From contig JALDTO010000155.1 of assembly GCA_023515725.1 (NCBI GenBank), positions 593,147-657,146 on the forward strand: 64,000 nt of DNA. Reading direction: 5' to 3'. How positions within the stretch are numbered: the first letter of the stretch is position 1; every line of letters starts with the position of its first letter. Position numbers and translations under genes: made by a program. The notes beneath the pieces are model-generated. The model had not been told where the DNA came from. It did no database searches and saw only the letters and a list, made by a program, of their open reading frames with translations. Origin of the DNA: Amoeboaphelidium protococcarum X5. Lineage: Eukaryota > Fungi > Aphelidiomycota. Shown here one piece after another: positions 13,383 to 27,465 of this stretch.

Positions 13383-14795
13383 TCACGATTCAGAAGAGAA
13401 TAAAAAAGACGAATTATTCGCCTGACCTGCAGTATTGCGCCTCTACAGATCATTATATCGAGTCATACATTGATCAGCAGTCTTCTTCACTTGATAATTA
13501 TAGCGCGCAATCCCCGAGACGAGAAGCCAAAAGTCTGGCTACCTGGCTCTCCACAACACCTCATCAGCAATAGACCACAATCGTGTCTAGCCATCGAATG
13601 CAAACCGTGGTGCAAAGTACAAGATATGAGATCTCGCCACTCGCACATGAGAAGGCAGGTACTAGTTGACAGCCTCACGAATTAGATCAGAATTATAAAA
13701 GGGAGTTAAACTGGTAGCCATGAAAGACGACGGCGACGACGATTAAGTAGGTGAGAATGGCCCAACTTGTTGATCTTGAGACAAATCGAACCAATTTCTG
13801 TGATGCTTATACAGCTCGACCGCACTCTTATAGCTCTTTCTTAAAACTTCATCTTATTCTTCAGACCACGACATGGTGTATGACTCATTATGCAGTGATC
13901 GTCTCATCCAATTCTAACAATATGGAAAGTGTAGGTACTATACACAGCGCTTCCTCAGACTATCAGTGTTCATAATATCTTTGTGAACATTCCAGTAGAT
14001 CTTACTCAAGAATAGCCGCGCATCATACCGTTCAAATGCGCGTAACATTACAAATTCTTGAAAGGCTAACAATCTATCAACCAGTGCCTATCGATCACCT
14101 TGTACAGATTGATATCGCTGTGTTAATGCGCTCTTCAACTAATTGTAAGTCATCACTTTACGTACCACAATATTAGGTATGAATTCCATTTCGGACAACT
14201 CGAGATTAGATGTGCGCAAGTGACCACCAAAGACCACGCCCTTGTACTTGGTGACGTTAAACAGTTGGCATTGTGGATACTGAACGTAGACGCGTAGAGC
14301 TTCCTTATTCTATTCCCAATTATTGCCAAACGTAGCCCAATTGATCTCTGACATGTAATGAGTAAATTCTTTATTGGACATTTTCTCAACGATGCCCAGC
14401 ATAAGATTTCTAACAGCGGCGCGTAATTCATCCACGTCTAGATCAGCGTAGATTTATTGAGATATCTTGCCCACTCGCAGTATCTCTTTCAGTTATTCCA
14501 TTTAGAGCTATTGAATCTGGTCAACATTATTTATACCGATATATCCGAGGATACTAATCTTATCAACCTGTGTCTTCATCGATATCTCATCATATCCTTT
14601 CATTGTCTCTATCAGAACATCAATCGGCGTTGCTTTGATCATTGATATTGATCGCTGTGTTTGCTCATATTCACCTATATGATACTATTACGGCCTAGCA
14701 CTTAAAGCTTAAGGCAAAGATGCTGGTCTATTCGCCGCTGATGCTTCATGTATTTACAAATTCAGCCGTCTTACACCGCGTTTAATTTTAAGCAT
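13383..14795 (-). CDS. Hypothetical protein with C-terminal Myb/SANT-like repeats
   Basis: 470-aa open frame with TAR=Gln. WSEEQDEVLRK and WSIADEVLW...FWLLVSGI...KTADQCMTRYNDL resemble SANT helices. Arg-rich N-terminus without acidic residues. Confidence 0.7.
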
Positions 14796-14964
14796 TTTTC
14801 TCTAACTTATTATGCTGTTAGGTGGAAAAGGAAACTGACAGCGGCTCTCCTTGGCACTAATAGGGAAAATTAAACATGATAGAACCTAAGTATTCAAAGT
14901 AATTAAATATAGTCCATGATACAAGCAAATTATAGCCCAGTATTTATTCATACACGTAAGAGAA

Positions 14965-16611
14965 TCACTATACTATATTTTCGCTGCAGAATTGGGCAAG
15001 AACTTTAGTAGAGTCTTTAGGATCATTCTATGCTAAATCTTATAGAGTATCTCCAAGAGAAGTCTGAGCTTACTAATCTTGTCCAAATGTAAAACTTAAG
15101 CTCTCGCCGCGACAAGTCTCAATAAACTTGGATAAGCTCAGCAGTCCTTCCTATCTCAAAATTTCGTATTTGCTCTTTACCAGAATAGTTACCGCCTACT
15201 CCCACAGTGCCATAACATCGGAATCGGACGTGATTCTTTCACACAGCTAGCGAACACTATCACGGGTGCCGTTAGTAAGAAGCCTGCTCACAATACGGAT
15301 ACCTTCATATTTCACGGAATCTTCGTCACTATTAACGGACAAAGAGAGGATCTTCTTGATGAGAATGATATCAGAGCAAAGTGTTAATAAGTCGCCATTT
15401 GAGGACAACAATTTAATAATGACCAAAACTTGAGTTTACACTACGCTGGTGGGATTGTCCAGAAGAGTGGTCAAATTCAATTTCATATCATCATACTCTG
15501 CCAGCTCTTTACGTATATCTGCAGTCACCGCAAGATTCTTCAATACGGACAGGGCGGAGCTTTTCAAGTTGAAGTCATCACTCACAACGGACTGAACAAC
15601 CAAAGTCATTATGGATGAATTTCTAACCAAATCAGTGCAAATCGTCGCCTTTCTACAAATGTTACCAATTGCAAGTAGGAGGAAGGATTATGGCAGAGAC
15701 GGACAATTAAAAGCTAATGTCAACCAACTCTAAGCAAATCCCTCTTGATACAACTTTTCAATCAGCACATCATTACCAGAGACGAGTGTGAATACCTTAC
15801 AAATCTGAGTCTTCAATTACAGTTCAAGATCTGGTACATCGATCAAGAATGAATTCAACTGTTTAATGTATCCTTTACCATATAAATTCACTTACACCAT
15901 GTCTTGCTTGCTAGACTCCACCAAAACGTTACACAACTCCAACCGCACCTGATCACTAAGCGTGTCCTTTTACAGCGCGTTAACAATAACACTTAAGAAA
16001 TCTGACTGAAGCAACTGCTTCTACACCTAGACATCTTCTATAATGAGAGGTGTGAGTTGATTGACCCACTGCAGTTTCTCAACGTTATCCGCAGCGTTTA
16101 GCCATTACAACACAACGTAAATCAGACCGTATTATTCAATCAATAGACTCAAATCTTCCTACTGACAGTTCCTAGTCAATAGATTAAACAGAAAGGTGAT
16201 AGCAAACTTCCAAAGAGCATCATTCTTCAGCAGATTGACATAATTGAACTATTTCAAGAGAGGCTTAATCTGAGAGACAAGACGGCTTTCCTTTATGATG
16301 GAACACGCATTAACAAGACCGCGGAGACTCTCCTTCAGAATTGCCTGCACTCCAGCCTAGTTCTTGGAATACTCTTTCATTGCTCTCAGATGACAATGTA
16401 ATAAAGCATCCAGCATCTGCTAATCAGGCGCACCCTCATCACATTAAAAGTCCACAGCATCATCATAATGCATCTGCGCCATACCTTTAATCTCATCTGC
16501 AATACTCCCAATGGACTTTAAAACTTCATCCGACTGCAATTATTCCAGAGAAAGCTCAGTCAAATTACTAGACAATAGAGTGAGATTATTCACCTACCTC
16601 TAGTCCACCAT
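14965..16611 (-). CDS. SmgGDS/RAP1GDS1-like armadillo-repeat protein
   Basis: 548 aa. LAIGNICRKATICTDLV and SALSVLKNLAV resemble SmgGDS ARM repeats. Ends TAG-TGA. Confidence 0.7.
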
Positions 16612-16725
16612 TTTCTCCAATTAAACGTCTAATACACTGGTGTAACGTGAAAATGTGTAAGAGAATTGTATGCGAGAAGAAACAATTAAAGCCGTTCTGC
16701 GTGGCTCTAATTTAGATTCAAGGAG

Positions 16726-16817
16726 AGCAACTCAACTTCAACGCGGTAACTGAGCGACTGTTGCCGTCAGAGCCAAATGGCCCTGATGCGTGCTCAGAGG
16801 GGGGCAATTGAGTTGCT
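16726..16817 (-). ncRNA. Unassigned nested hairpin (possible structured RNA)
   Basis: Three nested inverted repeats: 16726-35/16808-17, 16750-55/16792-97 and 16767-75/16778-86. The inner stem has a G-U pair only on the minus strand. Confidence 0.35.
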
Positions 16818-17004
16818 GATCTGCGCGCCTCCGCCGATATTAAAGTCGATTGACACTAACTGACACTCCACGTACAACCGATTGAAGAGAATTGAGTGAA
16901 ACACCTGTACACTGTCGCTACAAATCAGCTCATTGAACCAAACGAAGTAGTAATATGCAGAGTTGGCATAAACGAAAATGTAATAAAGATGAACAATATA
17001 ATAG

Positions 17005-17745
<741 letters not shown>

Positions 17746-17934
17746 TGCGGTTCAGAGCATTAAAAGAGGAGACTTCAGCCCAAGGCGAAGGCACATGGTA
17801 GAGATCAAGCCTGAATGTATAAAATATGTTGGACCATTGTTAAAATCACTAAATGACGCGTCAAGTATAATAAGATAACACAAACATAAAAAATGAAAAT
17901 TATAAATTATAAATTTCATTTATTCTTGCACATA

Positions 17935-20900
17935 TCAAGCTTCTGCGAGGGGTGTCACTTTGGTTCTCCTTCTCTGTGCCTTCTGCATGGACTGCTCTTG
18001 ACGGAGAATGTCCACGTCACGCGGGAAATAGTTGGTGGACAGGAAACTCCATAGATAGTCGGGTAGTAGAGCAGTGAGTACTATGATCAGCAGGAAGAGG
18101 TAGTAGACAATGTTTGTATTTACTTCATTAGCTGAGCCGGGGAAAGATGGTAGACCGATAGCTTCGGCCAGGTACATGAACACGATATATACCAACATAC
18201 TCACACCAACACTGGCCACGAACGGACTTACAATGTGTCTAGTCACCAAAAACGCTTTTAGCATCACTATGAGCATAATCACAGACGACGCCATCCAAGC
18301 CTGTTGCCAATATCCGGATCCGGCGAGACCGCTCGGGTTGATGGTCCCATCTCCAAGTGCCAGCACTAGACCAAACATGACAACTACCGAGTGCCAGAAT
18401 GGGAGTATCAGGTATTCGACAACTCGTCTTGTCGACATGAACGGCCGTTATCTGTACGTGGCATACAGTTATGGATATTCGTTCAAAATTCTCTCACCAA
18501 TATCCTTCTCAAACGTGGCCATAGCAATGGGTGGTAAAGATGTGAAAATCACATTATATAAGGAGAGAAATGTCTCTTGATAGATCTACAAACCAGACCA
18601 ACCACTGTATATTCCAAACCAGAAGCAGACTGTGATAAATCCAAGATTCTTGAATAGTGAAAAGTAGATAATCTACGACAATCTGTAATGATTGTACCTA
18701 CCATGCACAGTGATAAGTCTCTTCAGACACTAAAACTGTGGGATTGCAAAATCACTGGCACGCACAGCCTGTGCACCTTCCATGCCCACAATACCAACAC
18801 CGACATGTGCACTCTGGATCATACTAACATCATTAGCACCATCACCGACAGCCAATGTTATCTTCTTCATGTTATCGCGGACCAATTTAACCACTAGCGA
18901 TTTCTGCAGAGGAGACACTCTGGTACACAACACAGAGTGACACTTGGTAGCCACTTCAAGAAACTCGTTTGGACACGACTCTAATGCAACCCTGAGACAT
19001 TCTCCATTAATTGCGAGGCCGTGAACAATAGTCTAACCATCCGCAGAAGTGATCTTACCAAGTGCTTCACTGAGACGTTTCCTACAGTCGTCCTCAGTCT
19101 TGGACTCTAGAATATGTATCTGGGTTTCGGCGTTGAATAATTTACACGAAATTGCAATCTTTATCGCAGTCTCAGTCTTGTCGCCGGTGAGCACCCACAC
19201 CTTGATACCAGACTGAAGGAGAAAGTCAATAGTCTCCGGCACATTATCCTGCAACTTGTCTTCAATAGCACTGCACGCTATAACGTCCATGTTGCGTTCA
19301 ATCAGCTCTGCTACTTGCATCATTGACTTTTCGCGGTTCTGCAACTGCGTACTGGCTTCCTGATACTGGGCGCTAAATTTCAAGTATTCATCTTCAGACA
19401 AGAATCGATAGGCATAAACTAAGGTTCTCAGGCCTTACAATGAGAATGACTTCAACTTTTACTCCACATCAGCAATGTAATCCTTAGACTGATCTCTATT
19501 GCGGCGGTCAAGTATAACAGAGTCTGCACCTTTACATAACAAACACACACGTCCATCTATACGAAGTAGCACGGACATTCGCTTACGATCAGAATTGAAT
19601 TCGACAACTTCCAATATTTCGTAAGACTCTTCGCGACCATCAATAGATATTCTAATCCCGCCTTTGCTTCTATCCAATACCACGACGCCATTGTCTCTCA
19701 TAGACTCTAGCAATGCAGTTTCGTCAGGACTTTCAGATTCATATATAATCTTACCGCTTACTTCATCTTTCGTCGGTATAGCAGAGTGACATAGAGCAAT
19801 TAATCTCAGGAACATGAGCATGTTCTTGTCAGACGGTCTAGTTTAGTAATCTTTTAACACAGATCCAGGCTAGTGCATTTCATCATATAACTGTGAGCCA
19901 ACGTACCATTGAGACAACTTCATCAGATTCTAAGTGAGAGTACCAGTCTTATCACTGAAAATGTAATCGATCGAGCCCAGCTCTTCATTCAAATTACTAT
20001 TCTTGACAACTACAGATACAAGCTTGGAAGGATCTTTCTAGCCCGGAACAGGTAGAGTCATCTACTCATCCTTAATGATAAAGTAAGCTTGGAATACACG
20101 TACAATCTCCATGGAAATGAACAGAGATATAGGAATCACGTATGTATACAGAATATAGTATGTCATGGCTTGAAGCCCAGAGGTGGTAGAAGCATCAACA
20201 CCATTCCAAACATACCACGCTTTCAAGGGATCAATGTTCTAATTAGCCCATAACGAGCCGTAAATCACACTAACTATCAATATGATAGCATTATAGATAA
20301 AGGTGCCAATCAACAAAAGATTCAGCTTAGATTACATGGTGGAAAACTTGAGCGAAGTCTTTTACAAGTTCTTGATTATCTTGGTATCAACTCCGGCATA
20401 CACACAGATTCCATAGATAAAGTCAGTATTTCTCAACTCTGCACCACGCAAAAGCATCTACTAAATCGAAAGTGGATACGTCTTCTTTTGAGAAGCACCG
20501 CTCTCCTCCACAACTATACGACCTTCAAACTGGTTCATACGATTATTAGGTGTCTCACATTCAATATGACATTTAAAGTCCTTCAAGTGATCAGCCGATA
20601 CCAGATCAGCCAAATCACCAAGAGCAGATTTTCGCTTCAAATTCGTCTCACCATCCAGCTGAGCCGTCTCAATGAAGCAAGTTCCATCACTGAAAGATGT
20701 GCTTAGGAGAATAAGGTCAGCCGGGAATACTTCATTCTTCTTCACCAATACTATATCGCCGGGCACTATATCTTTACTCAAACACTCCAGCCGCTGTCCA
20801 TTACGTATCACTTCAGCCGGAAGATTGTTGGCCTTCGCGTCTGATCTATAGCGCAGATAATCCTCGATACCATCCTTGATCATGGTGACGATCAAGATGA

Positions 20901-21354
20901 ATAGCAGCGGAGTGATCTGAGTGGCTGGTGATATGGCAGAAGCATTAGGATAGAAGGCAAATACTGCAGCGAATAGAAAGTAGATATTATAGAAACGGCG
21001 AAACTACACAGACAATCAGGGAAATGATGTACAAGACATGATGAATGGTAAACATAATGGTGACAAAGTCAAAACTAATCTTACTTGATTGAATAAATTG
21101 ATCGGCAAAAATGTCAATGCAGTATACTTGGTGGTACGGATATAATTGGTGGGATACTTGTACTCTACAGACGCCTCGGCTAATTTCTCTTGCTAATTGA
21201 CATATACCTCATAGTGAGAATTGGCTTGCGAAGACGGCGGCTAGAGTTGTTGTGCACCATCACCATCGACCCTTGGCGACTTGACATTTCCCAATTCAAC
21301 CAAATCTCCCTCTTCAGAATGGTGGTCAATGATCGGACCAGCGATTTGACTCAT
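17935..21354 (-). CDS. P4-type ATPase phospholipid flippase (Drs2/Dnf family)
   Basis: [30 protein letters not shown] (Q=TAG), [10 protein letters not shown] and [11 protein letters not shown]. Intron 21004-21084 (GTAAGA...TAG). Confidence 0.95.
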
Positions 21355-21824
21355 TTTATTCTATTATTCTGTCATCTCTCACTGTGCAGAGAAGTAAGTG
21401 CTTCTAGGATGATCAACTAGAAAGTTATCTTCTTGTTGGCTACACGGGTGAAAACACAATTGTTTCCTTAACGACATCATTGCGGTAAAGTTTCCCGATG
21501 ATCCCCGTAACTAACGAGAGGGGTAGCTGTTAGGCCTCCCTGATCATGGAATTCTACTCGGGAATGGATTAATCATCAATTTCCTTGTCAATTTTTAGTA
21601 CGCTGAGTAAGTAAATAGTAATCCTTGTGATTATTCAATCGAAATTGGATGGCATTATTACAAATCCTTTATTCATTAAGACAACGTTTCAGATCAGATC
21701 AGATGCAAGCAACATTGCGAGGCCCCTTTCTGAAAATTCGTAATGAAGCGCTCGTGATTTTGACGACTTTATTTTAGCTTTAGTTTGTTTTCAAAAGCAC
21801 CGAACTCTAGAGCCTTATATATAT

Positions 21825-22055
21825 ATGCAAAGAATGGTGATTCATGGCCAAGTGATTTAATTAAAGTCGCCGCAGATTTAATATTATCCTATAAAGGTAT
21901 AAAAGGTTCAAGTAGTGACATTCTCCACTGATATTCAGATATCATTTTGTGATGATCAATTTGAATATCAACTGCTATAAGCAATGTAAAGAAGGTAAGA
22001 AAGCTTGATGCGAAACAGAAGGCGGGAGAGAATAATGGTTCAGTCAAGGTTATGA
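21825..22055 (+). CDS. Possible 76-aa Gln-rich microprotein ending -SRL
   Basis: ATG to TGA open only with TAA=Gln; AATAAA follows at 22061. No recognised homology. Confidence 0.3.
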
Positions 22056-22091
22056 TGATCAATAAAGTACTATTTTTAATAAATTAATAAT

Positions 22092-23194
22092 TCACATGAT
22101 CTTATTCATGGATTCTTGAATGAATTTTACCGATTCATCTACAATATCTTGATCAATATCCAGCAGCTTCTTGGTCACATATCCACCTTGGCGCATTGAG
22201 AAATTGGAGCTGTACTTGTATGCAGGATTGACGTTCTCGTATTGGTCAGACTGGGCATCTTCACTGAGACCGGATAGATGGAACAATGAGATGGCTCCAA
22301 TTTTTGGCGTATAAGTCACAGATGAGATAAAAAACGATGCGATATATAGCACAGGTGTAATGAGTAGAGCTGAGATAATCCATGACATTGCAGAAGACAC
22401 AATCTACGTGTTCACTACTCCGGGATCCGCAATGTAAGATTAGAATCCTTATTCGCTATTGTTGATATACCAGGACAAGTGCTCAGTTACGATCTTTGAT
22501 GATTCGTATGGATGCTTCGATCTAATAGCACCGATATCTTGCGGGTCAAAGTACTGTTTATCAGCAGTGCGAGATCCTGTCCAAATGATACGCCCACCCT
22601 GCAACAACTCGGCAATACTTTGCATGAGTGCGTAATGACCAAGTACGTTGGCCATGAACACTTTCCCAAGTTATGTGTTATTGCATTTGAAGTTAACTCC
22701 AATAGATTGCTTCAACGTGGCACTAACATCGGTAAAGAACTTGGATGGATTAGTCAACAGAGTCTTTACACCAGCATAAAAGTCAATGCCATCAATCAGT
22801 AAAACACCAGCATTGCAATATAAAAGATCAATTACATCGCATTTCTTACTCAACTGAGATGCGACACTTTTGATCGAGGCCACTTCGCATAGATCACCTT
22901 TCAGAGCAATCAATTTCAGACGATCAGACTAAACTGCCGCGGGATACGATTTATATATCTTGTGTATAGCCTCCTAAGTCTTTGTCTGGTTGCGACACAC
23001 AAGAAATATGTTGCACTGAAAATCTTAATGTTATTCAGCATACTCTGCGAATAGCTCACACAGGCCAAGTCCAATACCGCTACAAAGTTAAAAGCAGAAG
23101 TGTCACAAATTATACACTGACGTGATGAATAAAGAAAAGCATACCTATTGGCACCGGTAATGACAATGTTAAACTAACGAGAAAGAGAACGCAT
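22092..23194 (-). CDS. ERG27: 3-keto-steroid reductase (ERG27/HSD17B7)
   Basis: TGANSGIGLG assembled across intron 23080-23144; IFLVCRN, DLLYCNAG, ANVLGHY, IIWTGS and catalytic YESSK. Confidence 0.88.
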
Positions 23195-23960
23195 TAATGC
23201 GGTATTAGAATTAATTACTTTATTATTATTGTGACCAAGTCGACAACAATTACGATTAAAATAACTTGCGATAAAGAAAAGAGACTGCGCCATACACAAT
23301 TAATCCAACTACCACCAACTTGATAGTGCTCACATTGATCAAGTTACCGACACCAACATCTCGATCCAAAATATCGTGGACTTTCATGTCCTGATCCATT
23401 TAACCTTCCTTATTGTCAGCCTGATCCGCTTACTGCGATTACTTTGATCCGCTGACTTGCTATGGAAATTCAGCGCTCTCCTTGGCCAGTTCAGGAAACA
23501 CGTCAACAAATTTAGGATTACTTTCACGATTCCATTTGCGGCTCATCCTTGCAAACTGCTTCTTCTCCTATAAAGAGCAAGTGACACTTCCCGTAGTATT
23601 CTGCGACTCGTCATTCATGAAGCTCTGCAATCCAAGTAGTATTGAGGCCACAGACCATGAAGGATTCCACAACTCTGGATGGAAATCGCTCATGGTCAAG
23701 CAAATTTTCGCATTAGGCTAGAACCTTCCTGAAGGTGTAATCATAGTAATACTCGGAGGCTTAAATGGATAATCGCTGGGGAATACTAGCTTGCCATGGT
23801 ACTCGCCGTTGAAGAACGGAGTCTCTGGTGCGCCCGTTATCACATAGTGCCATTCAAGCACATTCTTCTCCAGAGGCTTCGCCAAGATTAACGGAGGCGG
23901 AGATGCCTAAATCTACTAATACTCCTTCATCAATCTCTTGTGCGCTGCTTTCGATGCCAT
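23103..23960 (-). CDS. UBC6: Ubiquitin-conjugating enzyme Ubc6/UBE2J2 with C-terminal TM
   Basis: [42 protein letters not shown] and [19 protein letters not shown]. The first in-frame TGA is at 23103-23105, overlapping ERG27, so the true end is uncertain. Confidence 0.9.
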
Positions 23961-24167
23961 AATTCGATATATACTGACTCCAGCAAGATTGTTTGATACT
24001 GATCAGGAAAGAAAAAGAACTATAGGAAGAGGTGCCGACAAGACTTTGAGCCGAAGAACGACAAAACGCGTTTCAAGATAAATTGGAAACTTTATCAACA
24101 CTGCATTGTTAAATTAACCTCATTCATCGATTTCATAATTGCTATTATACACAATACCAGGTATCGT

Positions 24168-24914
24168 TCAGTCAGAATTTCTAATGGGAACGCGAATGTT
24201 GTGCGTACAAAGCCATCTACTAAGTTCAGTTGACTCCAAGATACCAGGGAAATCGCGCTGGTTGTAACAGGTGAATATTCCAGAGAACACGGAGACTAAC
24301 TCTGAGCTACCAGTTTCAGATTTATCCGTTTAGCTGATGGATGGAAGCAATATATTCAGACTTAAAATTGAGAGATCGAACAAGGTAAATTTGAGTTTGT
24401 ACTAACCAGCATCGCGCACAGACAGATCATTGAATACAAAGAAGCAACCATTCTTTCTGTCTTATAGCAAAGCGCGCATATCTTTAACAGGCGGAACTGA
24501 CAGAGTGTGACTGCTGGCCACCTGATTACCGAAAAGTCTTTCCAAGTATACGGACTTTTACTCAAACTAAGATTACTCTTCACCAGATGTTGAGACTTAC
24601 TATCGCGCCTTCTTGTATTTGGAGAACCTGAAGTCTTGTTATCCGTGCGCATCGTACAAAGCAACTTTCAATATCAGCTGAGGATGATCAGCATCGTTAA
24701 ACTCCAGATCTTCGCTATCATTATCTAAACTTCCGGCAATATCAGCCAGTTGGCGCCGATCAGTGAAGAATCGTTTCACTTGGACGATTGGAAAAGGTTC
24801 CAACATTCGACGATCCTTCATTGACGTGCCACACATTCTACATTGCAAAGGACTTTGTAAAACACTTAGTCTATACTCATAATTATCAGGAGAATGTGAT
24901 CGCTTTCTGCTCAT
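24168..24914 (-). CDS. Velvet-domain transcription regulator (VelB/VosA-like)
   Basis: YRLSVLQSPLQCRMCG..KDRRMLEPFPIVQ, GCFFVFNDLSVRDAGQYKLKFTLFD and FPGILESTELS...IRVPIR. Confidence 0.9.
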
Positions 24915-25594
24915 TACGCTTGTCTTTGTCAGAGCAGTATAAAAGCATGATCATCGGCTTTGATTTTTGACAGTTACGATTAGGAAGAATGATCGTCAGA
25001 AAAAGCCGAGATGGGCCGAGATCTGTGATTAGAACCGGCAGGTCGGCTCTATGAAACAGATCGAGATTTCTGGCCCTGAAAATTATCTCAGCAACGGTGT
25101 AAAGCATCTCTTGGTCTAGATCAGAACGTTTTCATCTATGGCCAGCCTACACTCCAGGCCGATTAAACTCCATATGTCTAAACTCAAACATTTGCTTAAT
25201 TTCAACACCTGTGACAATTGAAAGCAGCCGACGTCTCTTCTTCATTTTATAGGATTATCAATATGTTCACCTCATTTAAGTCAATGTTGGAAGTCTTGAT
25301 ATTTTACATTTTAGTATACAGTAAAGCATAGTTGTTCGCTCAATGTAGGCTGATAGAGATAAACAGTCTGCTGGGTGATATCTAAACATGAAACTGACGC
25401 GCTAAAGCGAAGCACTGTTTTCACATCGAATATCGCACTTTACAATGTAAGCAAAAACCCATACAGTATTTCCACAATAGAAGTCAAGTTGTGGCCGTTC
25501 TAACAAAGAAATAAGAAACACGTTCAATTAGGTTAAAAGGCTAAATAATCCCTCCCCGTAAACTCTTTTAAAACCACAATCAATGGATGGAAAA

Positions 25595-26125
25595 TCAATC
25601 TTCATGAGTTACAATCAACCTGGCACTGTAGCTTCTGCCATTTCCAGGTTTGATAAATACTGTGACTACAGATTCAGAATAGTTTTCGGTAACAATAGCC
25701 GCAAAACTATACGCCATTGCGTACTTGTCACCATCCACAATCTATTCAGATAAGAAGTACTCCTTCTCCGTCAGAACATTCATATATCTCATTCCATACG
25801 AGTAACGGCCAACCACCGGACAGTTTTGCAATCCAAAAACATAATGAACCAGTTACTTATCCTTTGGCACATTAATAAAAATGGCATCAAATACAGGCAT
25901 TCCTTACTGGTCCAAAAACACACATTATTCCGCTGGATCGACGTCCTAATCAGATTTCTCAGTAGGAGAGTTAAAGGTAGTCTCAATTTCACAGATGCCA
26001 TTTATACAGTTCACCTTTTGCGTCTGGGTATCAGAGTTAACAGACAAAACTTTCTGAGGTCCAGACAAGACGAAAGACTAAGCAACTGCACAAAGCACAG
26101 CCACCAAAAACACTAAATATTACAT
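25595..26125 (-). CDS. Small secreted orphan protein (176 aa)
   Basis: MQYLVFLVAVLCAVAQSF signal peptide (Q=TAA/TAG), four Cys in the mature part, TGA at 25595. Confidence 0.7.
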
Positions 26126-26307
26126 ACTCTTTTAGTTACCAAACCAGGTGTAAAGTTTAGTTCTTGTAGAAGTTTAAAAGAAGACACTGCGTCGCGTTAA
26201 AACGTTAAATCGCTCAAACTCCTTTGAGGAGAACGCTTGATCATTTCAGTCGTCATTCACCCTCTTCCCTCTTTTAAGATCGTATTGCGCGCGAAAATAT
26301 CGAAAAA

Positions 26308-27465
26308 ATGCTGCGGATTAGAAATATATAGAGAGTCAGGCATTTAAATATCTCTCAAGGCCGTTTTATCTCAGTCACTCCTTCCCATCCAGTTCATGAT
26401 ATTTAGAGTACAAGTAATCACGCCAGTGTCAGTGATACAGTCACACTGTAGTAGGACACAATCAACAGTGTCGGCGTAGATAACATTGACGCGGCATCCA
26501 CATTAATTCATCAGATTGGAGATTTGAAAGCTCTCGGATTTTGTAATTGGACACCTCCTGGATTCTTGCAGTAATTTATGGAGTACGGTCATGTTATGCT
26601 TGATATGCCGTGGTGGGCAGCGATTATGGGCACTACAGTCCTAATCCGTACGGCCATGATGCCTCTGAATATAATTGCGTAAAGACAGCTGGCCAAGATG
26701 AAGTTGGCATAACCGCTAACATAAGATTTACAGCAGAGGATGAACAGCGCTAAAAATGAAGGTCAACAGGATCGATATCTTGATTTGACACACGAAATGA
26801 TGCACATGTACAAGACTTGCAAAATTTAACCGCTCGCGTCCATCGGTGTTGGCTTTCTGAATGGTCCTGTATTTTTATCGTTCTTCTATGCATTGTAATC
26901 TCTGTCCGAGTTCAAGCCTCCAATTAGCGCCCTTACTACTGGAGGTATGATGTGGTTTACCGATCTGACCGTACCTGATCCGTATTACGCGTTGCCCGTT
27001 GTGTCTACCGCGTCATTCCTGGCCGTTATCCTGCGAGAGTTTAACAACTAGCCCACGCAGACATCCAGTATGTAGAATACAATGAAGACCACCTTCTTTG
27101 TCGGTGCGATAGCGTGCTTCCCTTACATTTGTACCATGCCGTCTGCTCTAACTTTGTACTGGGCCACTAATAGTATATTCACTCTGCTGTTGACCACTGG
27201 GTTTAAGATTAATAAGGTTAAGCAATTCTTCAACATCCCCATCACTGTACAAGACGTGCCTAATTTGTCTGACTTTTACCAGCATTATGGAATATCTCCC
27301 GATGGCCAGAAAATGACTGCAAACAGTGCTCTCACTAAACCTCTATCTGTCGACCAAGTTGAACGCAAGAGTGATCTCGGCTTCATGGACGTTGTGAAAG
27401 GATCTTATGCCGCTGTACTGAGAGAAGAATAGAAGAGTCGTGCGGCAGCTGGTAATAAATCGTGA
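26308..27465 (+). CDS. OXA1: Mitochondrial inner-membrane insertase Oxa1 (YidC family)
   Basis: Presequence-like N-terminus, GDLKALG, MPWWAAIMGTTVLIR, GGMMWFTDLTVPDPYYALP and LYWATNS. Confidence 0.92.

Noticed and set aside
24886-25320. Minus-strand coding-like stretch with an internal TGA (MKKRRRLL...HR*KRSDL...)
   Set aside because: No recognisable homology; at most a decayed fragment.
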